Shown here in pieces: positions 13,695-24,425 of a stretch of 64,000 bases of DNA. The stretch's first letter is position 1; each line of letters starts with the position of its first letter. This stretch comes from Syncephalis fuscata S228 (lineage: Eukaryota; Fungi; Zoopagomycota), in contig JAHLTZ010000033.1 of the NCBI GenBank assembly GCA_025786725.1, positions 1-64,000 of the forward strand, read 5' to 3'. The notes below the pieces were generated by a model. The model was given only the letters and a program-made list of their open reading frames with translations, was not told where the DNA came from and searched no databases. The position numbers and the translations under genes were made by a program.

Positions 13695-13701
13695 TATAAA
13701 A
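13695..13701 (+). promoter_or_regulatory. Candidate TATA box of the ODC-like gene
   Basis: TATAAAA followed by pyrimidine-rich sequence and ~850 nt containing only one ATG before the main start. Confidence 0.5.
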
Positions 13702-13945
13702 CGACCGCTACACACCTCACCGTTTGTTCTGCATTACCTTAACTTTACCTGATACCTTGTTTTATTCATACTTGCCTATTTCTACGGCAAACCAATCCAG
13801 CTTTCAATAACCAGTTGCAATACTTGACTCATATCGTTGATAACTCTACTTGCTCGTTGCTTCTCCTCACTCTTGTTCTTTATCCATTGGATCTACTGCT
13901 GTTACTTACTCTAGTAACATCGATACGAACAAACAAGCTGATTCC

Positions 13946-14029
13946 ATGCGTCGTTTGTCGAGTGATCGTTGTGCCGAGTCCAGCCGGCTTTTCATAAAAC
14001 CTTTTGTCGTGCATCCGACGGGACGCTAG
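13946..14029 (+). promoter_or_regulatory. AUG uORF (27 aa, MRRLSSDRCAESSRLFIKPFVVHPTGR) in weak context
   Basis: The only ATG between 13701 and 14546; context TCC-ATG-C. Confidence 0.45.
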
Positions 14030-14057
14030 ACCGACGTTGTCAGCGCCCACTAGCACC

Positions 14058-14177
14058 ACGGCCTCCGAAACCGCTAAGCAGTCCGTTGTTGTTGCGGTAG
14101 TGCCGGCTGCTATTGCTGCCTACCGGTACTTCTCTGGCCCTCCTCCCTGGCCCTGCTGCCGCTGCTTACACGCGTAA
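14058..14177 (+). promoter_or_regulatory. Non-AUG uORF with PPW motif (uCC-like): (M)ASETAKQSVVVAVVPAAIAAYRYFSGPPPWPCCRCLHA*
   Basis: Frame open 13998-14177 with no ATG. ACG at 14058 lies in ACC-ACG-G context. PPPW encoded at 14139-14150. Confidence 0.65.
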
Positions 14178-14546
14178 ACATACACGCTTGCCTACATTAA
14201 CTATCTTTTCTTTCCATTGCTTGCCTACTGACGTGGACTTGACGAAAGACCACTGCTTCACTACTGCTACTTCTTGCCTGCCGTTTTGCGCTTCGCATAC
14301 TATCGGCATAACTTGCACCTGCCCTAGCGGTCCACACACGTCTGCCTGCGTGTGTACGCTTGTTTGCGGGTACCTTTCTTCATATTCTATCTGACGGTGC
14401 TTATTGTGCGCAATCTACACCATTAATCATCGCCTACAATCTAACTATATTTCTATTACAATATCGCTGATTTTACTTTGATTGTTTTTGCAGGTATTAT
14501 TAGGATACCAGTCATTTAACCAAGAACTATTTTATTCGTTTTCAAG

Positions 14547-16259
14547 ATGCCTTTTGTTGAGGGAAGATTTTCATTGAACGCTGCTGAGGATGTTGAATCG
14601 ACCAACACATCTCATACTGCGACTGCAATTGTTGCTGCCAATGGTGGCATTGGCAAACAGTCGGTCTACATTGGCAACAATGCAGCCCAACTACCGATTA
14701 CTCCTCCTATTATGCCATTAGCCTTCGATGCGGCTACCAGTAACACTATTGATTTGTCAATGCCTATGGGCAATTTAGCTCCCCTTCCGGCCACGACGGC
14801 TTTGCTGTCAGCCCCACCACCACGTATGTCTGTTGATGATGCGTTGCGTCATCAGCTGGCCAACATCGAGTTTACTGGTGCCGAAGGTAATGCCTTTTTT
14901 ATTGCTGACGTGGCTCATTTACATAGACAGCACCAGACTTGGACAAATGAACTACCACAAGTTCATCCTTACTATGCAGTTAAATGCAATCCTTCGCCAC
15001 TAGTTATACAAACTCTAGCTTCATTGGGCGTTAACTTTGACTGTGCTTCAAAAATGGAAATCCAGTCTGTTTTAGAAGCTGGCGTGTCACCAGATCGCAT
15101 CATCTATGCCAATCCGTGCAAGCAACTGTCGCATATCCACTATGCAGTTGCTAATAATGTACGTATGATGACGTTTGATAACGCAGACGAACTTCATAAA
15201 ATGTATCGTGTTAATCGAGATATCAAAATGATTCTTCGTATTCTAGTCGATGATAGTAAGAGCTTCTGTCAATTAGGACTTAAGTTTGGCGCTCCTATGG
15301 AGTCGATTGAATCATTGTTGGCTGTAGCACGTGATCTTAATGTTCACTTGGCTGGCGTTAGTTTCCATGTAGGCAGTGGATGCTATGATGCCGAAGCCTT
15401 TGGCAGTGCTGTCCAGCGAGCCAAGACGGTCTTTGACTTGGCTCCGCTTTATGGACATAACGATATGCGTATTCTTGATGTTGGAGGCGGCTTTCCTGGC
15501 TCCAAGCTTGCCGATATTAAGTTTGAGCAAATTGCTGGTATATTACGTACCGCTCTTAGCGAATATTTCCCGATTGATTCGGGTATTCAGCTTATTGCCG
15601 AACCTGGCCGTTACTTTGTTGAAAATGCATTTACATTGGCCGTTAACGTTATTGCTCGACGTGTTATCTATGACGACAAGCCAGAAGGAGAGGATGGTGT
15701 GGTAACCGATAGTATGACCAACGATAACGGCAATAGCAAACCACCATCTTACATGTACTACATTAACGATAGCATGTACGGCTCATTCAACTGCATCATG
15801 TTCGATCATGTTATTATGAAGACACCGGGCCTATTGATGCATAAAGGCCAATTTCATGGCCGTGACCATCCACACCAACGTCCAGAGTATCTGGTCAACC
15901 GTGAGACGCCGACTTTGCCGCTTATAGGCTTCAGTGGCTCGAATGATGATAGTGTCGAACTGTCAACACCAAACGAGGCGATGTCGGTAGAAGGGGCACT
16001 TATGACCGCATCGCCAATGCCTCCCGGCTATCGCTGTAGCATTTGGGGTCACACTTTGGATTCAATTGACCGCATTAATCCACAATGCGTATTACCCGAA
16101 CTCCGTGTTGGTGACTGGCTACGCTACGACGGTATGGGTGCCTATACACTATGTGGAGCCTCTCAATTCAACGGCTTTAAGCAAAGTCGGGTCATCTACA
16201 TTGATACTACTGACACTTGCTCGCACACAGTAGCGACCGAGAGCGGCAACATTTACTAG
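14547..16259 (+). CDS. Ornithine decarboxylase homologue (PLP fold III, group IV) lacking the catalytic Cys360 equivalent
   Basis: YAVKCN, FDCAS, YANPCK, LKFGA, SFHVGSG, DVGGGFPG, AEPGRY, YGSFNC, GAYT and FNGF are present. WGPTCD reads WGHTLD. Confidence 0.93.
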   Translation: MPFVEGRFSLNAAEDVESTNTSHTATAIVAANGGIGKQSVYIGNNAAQLPITPPIMPLAFDAATSNTIDLSMPMGNLAPLPATTALLSAPPPRMSVDDALRHQLANIEFTGAEGNAFFIADVAHLHRQHQTWTNELPQVHPYYAVKCNPSPLVIQTLASLGVNFDCASKMEIQSVLEAGVSPDRIIYANPCKQLSHIHYAVANNVRMMTFDNADELHKMYRVNRDIKMILRILVDDSKSFCQLGLKFGAPMESIESLLAVARDLNVHLAGVSFHVGSGCYDAEAFGSAVQRAKTVFDLAPLYGHNDMRILDVGGGFPGSKLADIKFEQIAGILRTALSEYFPIDSGIQLIAEPGRYFVENAFTLAVNVIARRVIYDDKPEGEDGVVTDSMTNDNGNSKPPSYMYYINDSMYGSFNCIMFDHVIMKTPGLLMHKGQFHGRDHPHQRPEYLVNRETPTLPLIGFSGSNDDSVELSTPNEAMSVEGALMTASPMPPGYRCSIWGHTLDSIDRINPQCVLPELRVGDWLRYDGMGAYTLCGASQFNGFKQSRVIYIDTTDTCSHTVATESGNIY

Positions 16260-16644
16260 TACGTTTAGAACAATACTACGTTGGCTGCCTTAATTTTTGA
16301 CCAATATTTTTATGCAAATCCATACATGAATAAAGCATGTGATTATAATATTAAGTTTCTATTGTTTCTACAAACACGTTCTTTATTACTTTTATTGGAA
16401 AGAAAAGGGAAACAGCTATTGTACAACCATGTATAGTGGTCATTGAAGTTAACATGACGTTATTACCTGTGTATTCAAGTGACAATAATAACAGCAAATA
16501 GACAATAGGCATTGAATACATTACACTTATTAGATGGATTGAAGTAACATTTTATTTAGCCATCACATCATCACATTTATTGTTTGTTTGGTTGTCAAAT
16601 GAGCAACATTTACATACTTGAACTGCACATTTGTTTATTGACAT

Positions 16645-17208
16645 TGTTACGCTTCTAGTTTTAGAAATCGCAACTTAGATGACCAAGCAACACCTTTCCT
16701 GTTGCTATCCTATAACGCTAATTTCTGATGCTTATTAACGCTTACCTTAACGCTCAGAATACAATGTGTTATTTGGTTGTATTGCTTTTATAATAAAATT
16801 ATTCCTTATTGGTCATTAATTACCACAGTTTAACTATAATAAACTGAATAACTTGTATGACACTAAGTAGAAATAATATTGGACTAGAAACTTGATTATT
16901 CTTTATTGATATTGAATAAAGCTATCATTATATAGTAAACATAACTAGTAATAGAACTTGAATGCCTTGTAGTATTTCATCATTAGCGCAGCATATTAGT
17001 TCAGGGACTGCTCATATGCTTACAACTAACAAGTAGCTACTCGTTATATTGTCGTAATAGCATTTGTTACTAGTAATCGGTACTAATATCCGATAGATAT
17101 ATTATTTTTGTGATCAATCACATGCGACTTTAACTGGTGACCCATCACACGATATATCACTTAGGCACACTTCCACAAGACCCTGTCCGGAATATCAGAA
17201 CAGTAACA
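16645..17208. mobile_element. Solo-LTR-like repeat, copy 2 (564 bp)
   Basis: TGTTAC...GTAACA; differs from copy 1 at only a handful of positions by eye. Confidence 0.8.
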
Positions 17209-17482
17209 GTGTCATTATGATGATAGTATTGATTTTTGGTATTGCATTGTCATGGATAAGACAACTAACTAATTAATAAAATAAATAAGATAATGATAGC
17301 ATACTGTTAATATTCTACTTGGAGTAAAATAATAAGTATGGTGTCAGCGTTGCACTAATCAAATAACCTATAATAAAGCTTTTTAGTGGTTGATGATGCT
17401 TGTATTATATTCAGTTGAAATAGAGTTTGGGTTCATATCTTTTATTTCCAAAAAAATATGAAGCTCAAAGTAAAATCGTTCC

Positions 17483-18252
17483 AAAATGTGATTTATGAGC
17501 ATTTTGTGTATGTTTTGCTAGTAGTATTATCTTTAAACTTTTAATGCTATACAATTTATTTACTTGCCTGGATCAATAACTAGTGGCTGTATTGATGTAA
17601 AAGCAATTATACTCCAAATTATCAAGTTTGGCTTTGCTTTTTAAAACTGGCAATAAATTGTGTTGTTTTATATAAAACAAAATAAAAGCTCAGTTATTGT
17701 AATATTAATGTAATTCTGTACAAATCAGATCGAAGTCAAGGAATTACAAAAATGGGGCAAATAGATCATTAGCTCAAATGACAACCAAAAATAGCTACAA
17801 TATATCTATGAAACAACAGTGCATATTTGTGTTTTATAATTACACCAATCATACTTGACAAAGCGTAAATTTTAAATAGCCAAATGCAAATAGCATATGT
17901 AAAATAATCTACTATACAAATCACTAACAAACATAAAGATATAATTACTTACTGATTGCACTACATCTTATAAAGCAGCTAATTATAAATTTAAAGCACA
18001 TTAATTATTATAAATGTAATAAATTAATATTTAAAATCATTTGTATTTATTCTGTTATTTATATAAAACAACACAATTTATTGCCAGTTTTAAAAAGTAA
18101 AGCCAAACTTGATAATTTGGAATGTAATCGCTTTTACAGCAACACAGCCGCTAGTTGTTGAATTAAGCCGGTACAGAAACTGTGTAGTGTTACAAGTTTA
18201 CAGATAATATTTATGGCAGAATCATACACAGAATGCCTCTAAATCACACTTT
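17483..18252. mobile_element. Diverged foldback/MITE-like element; arms ~17483-17686 and ~18047-18252
   Basis: CCAAATTATCAAGTTTGGCTTTGCTTTTTAAAACTGGCAATAAATTGTGTTGTTTTATATAAA mirrors 18058-18120 almost exactly. Outer parts match with more substitutions. Confidence 0.75.
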
Positions 18253-18529
18253 ATAATTGCTTAATATGGAATGTTACATATATTTTTAGATAGCGTTTCA
18301 AATGATAGTCAAATCATCCTTTGCAGGAATTATAAACAGGTAATTGTTACAGTAATACCGGTTGCATTGAGAACTGTTACATATTACAATTCAATTGCTT
18401 GTCCAATATCCTATTTAAATAAAGCAACAGTTTTTAATTTGCAAAACAACAACTCACTACCAACTACCATTAGGATTATTGATTAATCTATACTTTCGTA
18501 TCTTTAATATTCATTTAATTGTACCCACA

Positions 18530-21172
18530 ATGCATTCATCACTTTCTAAGCTACTTTTTGTGCTGGCACTAGCAATCAAATTGAATTTGCCTACTACAAG
18601 TAAGTCTTAAAACTTAAATACTATGTTTTATTGTAATTATTAACATGTACCGAATACTAGATAATTCTGGTAAAAACAATGGCTTAATTTTCGCAAAAGC
18701 TACGCCGCTTGATCTTGGCAATTCAATTCAATCCATCGTAGCAACAATTTCTGATACCGGTAATAAGGCTTTACCTGCCTTGAAGTCAGTAATTCCACTT
18801 GGGTCTACCAAGTCAAAGCAAGCTGCATCGGCAAGAAACACACCTTCAAAGTCAGGCCAGATCGATTGGGAATATCCTATTGTACGTCGTGACCAGTCTG
18901 TTGTCGAGACCATTCATGGCTATAAGATTGCCGATCCATACCGGTGGCTGGAAGATACTAAAAGCAATGAGACTAAGGTTAGATTTAGTCTAATTAGCTT
19001 TTAATAAAACTAACAAATAACTAGGCATTTGTCAAGGACCAGAACAAACTGACAGACTCTTACTTAAGCCGAAATAGCCAGCGCGATGCTTATACAAGCG
19101 CGTAGGTAGCATTAAATGCATTAGCAAAATAGCTATTAATTATCTATTGCATTATTAGAGTTACTAAACTATATGGCAGCGACTGGATGAGCACTCCAAT
19201 GAAAGCTGGCAATTATTACTTTACTTTTTATCAATATAATCTAGATAATCAAAGTATTTTGTATAAGCAGAAGTCATTGGATGCTGAAAAGACGGTCTTT
19301 CTTGATCCAAACCAGTGGGACAAGAATGGTGCTTTTTTTATCAATCAATACTTATTTTCTGATTCCGGAAAATATTTTGGCTATATTATTAGGAAAAGCG
19401 GCAGCGACTGGGGCACCATACGCGTACGTTGTGTTGAAGACAGCCCAAATTGCAAGGCTGGCCAGGATGCAATTGATGAAGTCAAGTGGACCAAGTTCTT
19501 CAACATTGCCTGGTCCCACGATGAGCTCGGCTTTTTTACACAGTAAGTTATAGCTATTATCCACATTGTTTATATTTATTTATTACAATTGATTAGCGTT
19601 ATCCAGAACCAAGTGGTAGCGACAAAGATACTGCACCGAGACAAGCAGCAGTGAAAATGCTAAAGTTTACTACCATCGTCTTGGTACACAACAGTCGAGC
19701 GATCAACTAATTGCTGAATATCCTGAAACTCCTACATATGACGTATTCGCTTCGACAAGCAATGATGGCCGCTGGCTAGTGGTAAAGTTACTGATAATAG
19801 TAGTAACGAAAAGGTATGGCTGGCTCGTATGGGTGAAGATGGAAGTGTGCCCAAAAATATTACATTAACAAGGTAGTGAATGATATGAATGGCTATTATA
19901 ATTAGTAGGTGACAATATACATATAGTTAATTTAGCTAAATCAATTTTATAGCATTGGCAATGCTGGAGATCGCTTTTATTTTAGTTCTGACAAGAATGC
20001 TCCTCGTTCTAAAGTTATTACATATGACATGGCAGCTCCAGAAAAGGGATTCATCGATTTGATTCCTCAGCATGGAAAAGACATTTTGAATAATGCATAT
20101 ATTGTAGAAGGTGATTATCTCTTGCTTGAATACATGAAAGATGTAAAAAGTGCTTTATCGATCCATCAGCTTAGCACTGGCAAAAAAATCCGTGATATAC
20201 CATTGCCTATTGGCTCAGTGAGCGACATTACAGCATATTCCAAACATACCGAAATATTCTTTTAATGAACTCTTTTTTAAGTCAAGGTACCATTTACCGT
20301 TATGACGTTAAATCAGATACACTATCTGTGGTAAATGAATTGAAAACGCCTGGATTCAATCCCGAGGAATTTGAAACACGCCAGGTATTGTTAAAGCAAA
20401 GACAGCGTAGAGTTTCCTATGTTATTACAGCACGCAAAGGAATTTCACTCGACAAAAGTCACCCAACTATTTTATTTAGTGACGGCAGTTTCTCTTATTC
20501 ACAAATGCCACAATTCAATACGCTATGGGGTGCTTTCCTCAAACATTTTAATGGCATTGTGGCTGTCGCGAATATACGCGGTGGTGGCGAATACGGCACC
20601 GAGTGGCATAAAAATGGTATGTTACAAAAGAAGCAAAACACTTTTGACGACTTCCAAAGTGCCGCCAAATATCTTTCTGAGCAAGGCTACACCAAACCGT
20701 CATTGCTAACACTTCAAGGTGACGGTGCTGGCGGCTTACTAGTTACCGCCACTGCTAATCAGGCGCCCGAATTGTTCGGATGCGGTCTAGCCAATTATGG
20801 TCTTACGGATATGCTACGATTTCACAAGTTTTCCGTTGGAGGTGCCTGGACAACGGAATTTGGCAATCCTGATGTTAAAAGTGATTTTGAATATTTATTA
20901 CGGTATTCTCCATTACACAATGCCAATGCCAACAAAACTTATCCAGCACTACTTTTAACACGCCAGATCAATTGGACCGTATATCACCATTAAATTCATA
21001 CAAGTTAGCTGCTGAACTTCAATATAAACTACCAAAGAATCCCAATCCACTGATGCTTCGTATTATTGAAAATTATGAAGTTGATGGAGAATCAACAACG
21101 GCTTGGATTACTCAAGTTGTGGATAGGCTTTCATTTATGGCAATATCTCTTAATCTAAAATGGCATGATTAA
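18530..21172 (+). CDS. Prolyl oligopeptidase (S9A) homologue with putative signal peptide and no catalytic triad; multi-exon, several apparent frameshifts
   Basis: YPIVRRD, IADPYRWLED, SGSDW, WTKF, ANIRGGGEYG, KKQNTFDDF, DMLRFHKF and YSPLHN. First exon MHSSLSKLLFVLALAIKLNLPTT followed by GTAAGT. Confidence 0.88.
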
Positions 21173-22628
21173 GTAATAATCAAATGATTATCAAAATTAA
21201 TAAACACCGTTTAAATATAGCTGCTTATTATTTGATTAATAAGATGAAACTATTACAACGCAAATACAAGTGTATCATATTAAATTATACTAAATTGTAT
21301 TGTTTTTTAAATGTTATAGCATTCATTTTTACTATTTGGATATTCAATAACTTGGTGTTAAAGCTTAGCTATATCGATTACCAAATTGGCAATCCGGATT
21401 AATCACCAATACTATTATCATATGATTTGCATCGAATTATCAATACACTGTCGTGAATAAAACAACTGAATAATTAATAAAATAAAATAGAGATTAATAT
21501 TTTATTATAAGATGGGCAAATCATGTATGTATTTATAGTGAGCGTGTGCTACACAAGTATCTTAATATATTTATGACGAGCAATCTAAGAGATATTCTTA
21601 TTTTTAGACTCACGACAACGGTAATTATTTAATAATAGCTAATTACAGTTTGCTAACATAATTCATGTAAAAGTGATTAATTATCAGTAATTAATGTCAA
21701 GTAGCTAATTGTATTAAATAACTAATCATTGCTTTAATGCATTTTCAATTAGTAAATTGACTAACAATTCTAATACGAACTAATCAGCCAGCTATTAATT
21801 AAACAACACTACTGATATTAAATATTATATGTGCTAGACAGGCGAATAACTAGTATATAAAAGCACTTTAAATAAAAGCTACTACAATAATATGAGTATT
21901 GAATTAAATGCAATATATAGATGGGTTAGAAATGTTGTATATTATTTACTATAGAAGAATCATGGTGCATTTCTACAGCTAGTTGATCATAATTGCAAAG
22001 TATAAATACATTAACAATAATATTTATGAACCATTTCTTTAATTGCTTTGTTTATATCTATTATTATTAATCAGCCTATTAGTTAACAGTTTAATATAAT
22101 TTGGTGCCAAATAATTATGTTTATAATATTTACACGATTGCATTAGACATTTATTCTAGTAAATATAAGGCTGAAGTGATAAACAATATTAATATAGATT
22201 TTGATTCAGTTCACTGTTTGTATGTGCGTATACGTCTACACACTACAATTTCATTGCAAGTATTTATACATTTACTTGGTTATTTATTTGAATTTATATA
22301 ACTATAATAGAAGCTACAATTCATGCAAATAAAACAAATAAAATAGCAATAATTTGAACGCGCAATCTACGCTAGGTCATGACTCCGATACTGGTTACAC
22401 TTGACATATTCTCACAAAACTACAAACCATTGGCCATATATCGTTGCGGCCTTAGCCATAACAAATTTCCAAAGTTATTGTTTTTGATATTCAAAATACT
22501 TATAGGCTTCGTAAACAAACTTTTTATTTATTTCATATAACTAACAAAAGCAGACAATAAGAGCGTGGCAGAACATAGCAAAACTAATATTGTTTATTAT
22601 AGTCACTAAAGTTATTGCAGCAATAACA

Positions 22629-24377
22629 ATGACTACCACTTCATCGCTGGTGGAGTTCTATTATGACCTCCACTGTCCTTGGACCTATATTGCGGCCTGT
22701 CGTGTCGAAGCTATGGCAGCACGTACAAATGCCAAACTAATTTGTAAGCCGAGTAAACACCAAATGAGGTATTAAATAACGTTTTAATAGGGGCGCCCGT
22801 GCAGTTGAGCATACTATGTCAACCAAGACCCACTCAAGGAGACGGCAAACCATCGCGAGGCGACAAATTGAAAGCTGAAGCATCTAAACGTGATCTTCTT
22901 CTCACGATAGAAAAGTATCAGATTCCATTTCAAAGTCGTCCATCCTTTGCTGTAGATACCACGAATGGTAGGCAATTAATTGTTCATCATTCATCTCTGT
23001 ATATAGAATCTAACATTTGGGTGGATAGCATTGTTATTACTTTGGACATTGCCACAAGAACAACGCGGCAGGCTTTCTCAATTGCTATTCAAAGCTTATT
23101 GGGTAGATCATTTGGATATTGGACAGCCGAAAATATTGAAGCAACTAGCAACAAAAATAGGTATTGCGTATGAGCAATCAATGGATCTACTGAGTAAAGC
23201 TCGTCAGCAACTCGATGAAGCAACGAAACAATGCGCTGAACGCGGTGCCCCTGGTGTGCCAAGTTTTTGGGTCACAACTACGGCTACTGCTGCTGACGCG
23301 TCCGAAGGTACTCTTTACTGGGGACAAGATCGTATGCATTTTGTAGAGGCACAGCTGCTAGCTGTTAAGCGACAGGCTTCTTGGTCTCAGATCCCAGAAC
23401 TAGCTATTATAGAGCCGCGATGTCGTAAAGACGTTTCTACACAGCCCAAAACACTGCGATTTTGGTTCGATTTTTCTAGTTTTTGGTCATTTATTGGCTG
23501 GACACAAATCAAACGTATTGTCGACGAAGCAGGTCCTCAATGCCGTTTAGAATTGAAGCCTGCTTTACTCGGCGCCTTATTTCGCGAGTAAGTGTGATAT
23601 AACAGCTATAGTTGTGCATAAAGCTTTATACTAATATTTTCCAAGTAATGGTCAAGTAAGTGTAGCTATAGACGCATTGGCACCAAGACATCGAGACTAT
23701 ATGATGTAAATGAAGGAACAACAATAGTCAAATAACTTGACCTTACTAGTTTGCAAAATACTTATATTGCTAGGAAGGATGCATCTGAATGGATGGCATG
23801 GTGGAACGCACGTTCCAATCAAGATATGAAGCTTGTTTGGCCAGATCACTTTCCATTAAGAACGGTAACGGCACTTAGAATAGTTGCGCTGGAGCCTGCT
23901 GCTACCGATGCTATTTGTAAGTAAATGAAATAGATAAGTATTGGTAGCAACTGATCAATTAATACTTAATAGTCAAAGCTAGCTGGTTGCATAATATCAA
24001 TATTGGTGATTCTAAAGAGCTTGCAAATGTGTTGAACAAAGCAGGTTTTGATGGAGAGGCTTTATTGAAGGATGTTACAGCTAATCGCAACGGATGTAAA
24101 GACCAAGTTAATCAAAACTTTTCAGAAGCCATCAATATTGGTTTATTTGGAATGCCTAGTTTTCAAGTAAATCAAGGCCATGCAATTTTTGGGTAAATGC
24201 CGTTTATAATATACATATGTATAAATACTAAAACATTTAATAATAATAATATTCATTATTATCATTCATAGACAAGACCGTTTATTTACGGTACAGGATT
24301 TACTAGCTGGTTGGAAGCCTACTTTATTGCCGCCGGCTGAAGGAGAAAAACGTGTTGATCGATCATCACATGTTTAA
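22629..24377 (+). CDS. Tandem two-domain DsbA-like / HCCA isomerase (GST-kappa family) protein, multi-exon
   Basis: Domain 1: VEFYYDLHCPWTY...GAPGVPSF...YWGQDR. Domain 2: LRFWFDFSSFWSF...GLFGMPSF...FGQDR. Confidence 0.85.
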
Positions 24378-24425
24378 CATAGTTATTGCTTATATGCATA
24401 TAAGAGGCGGCAATGAAAGCTCATA

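Noticed and set aside
13538-13699. ATT-CCG-initiated frame (IPINKRSR...) resembling the start of the animal AZIN1 uCC
   Set aside because: It lies upstream of the candidate TATA box, has poor context and no PPW. Probably chance, though a more distal TSS is not excluded.
11270-17208. Intact LTR retrotransposon or retro-transduced ODC
   Set aside because: No gag/pol, PBS or PPT in either orientation. The gene keeps its upstream promoter region, which favours a DNA-level event.
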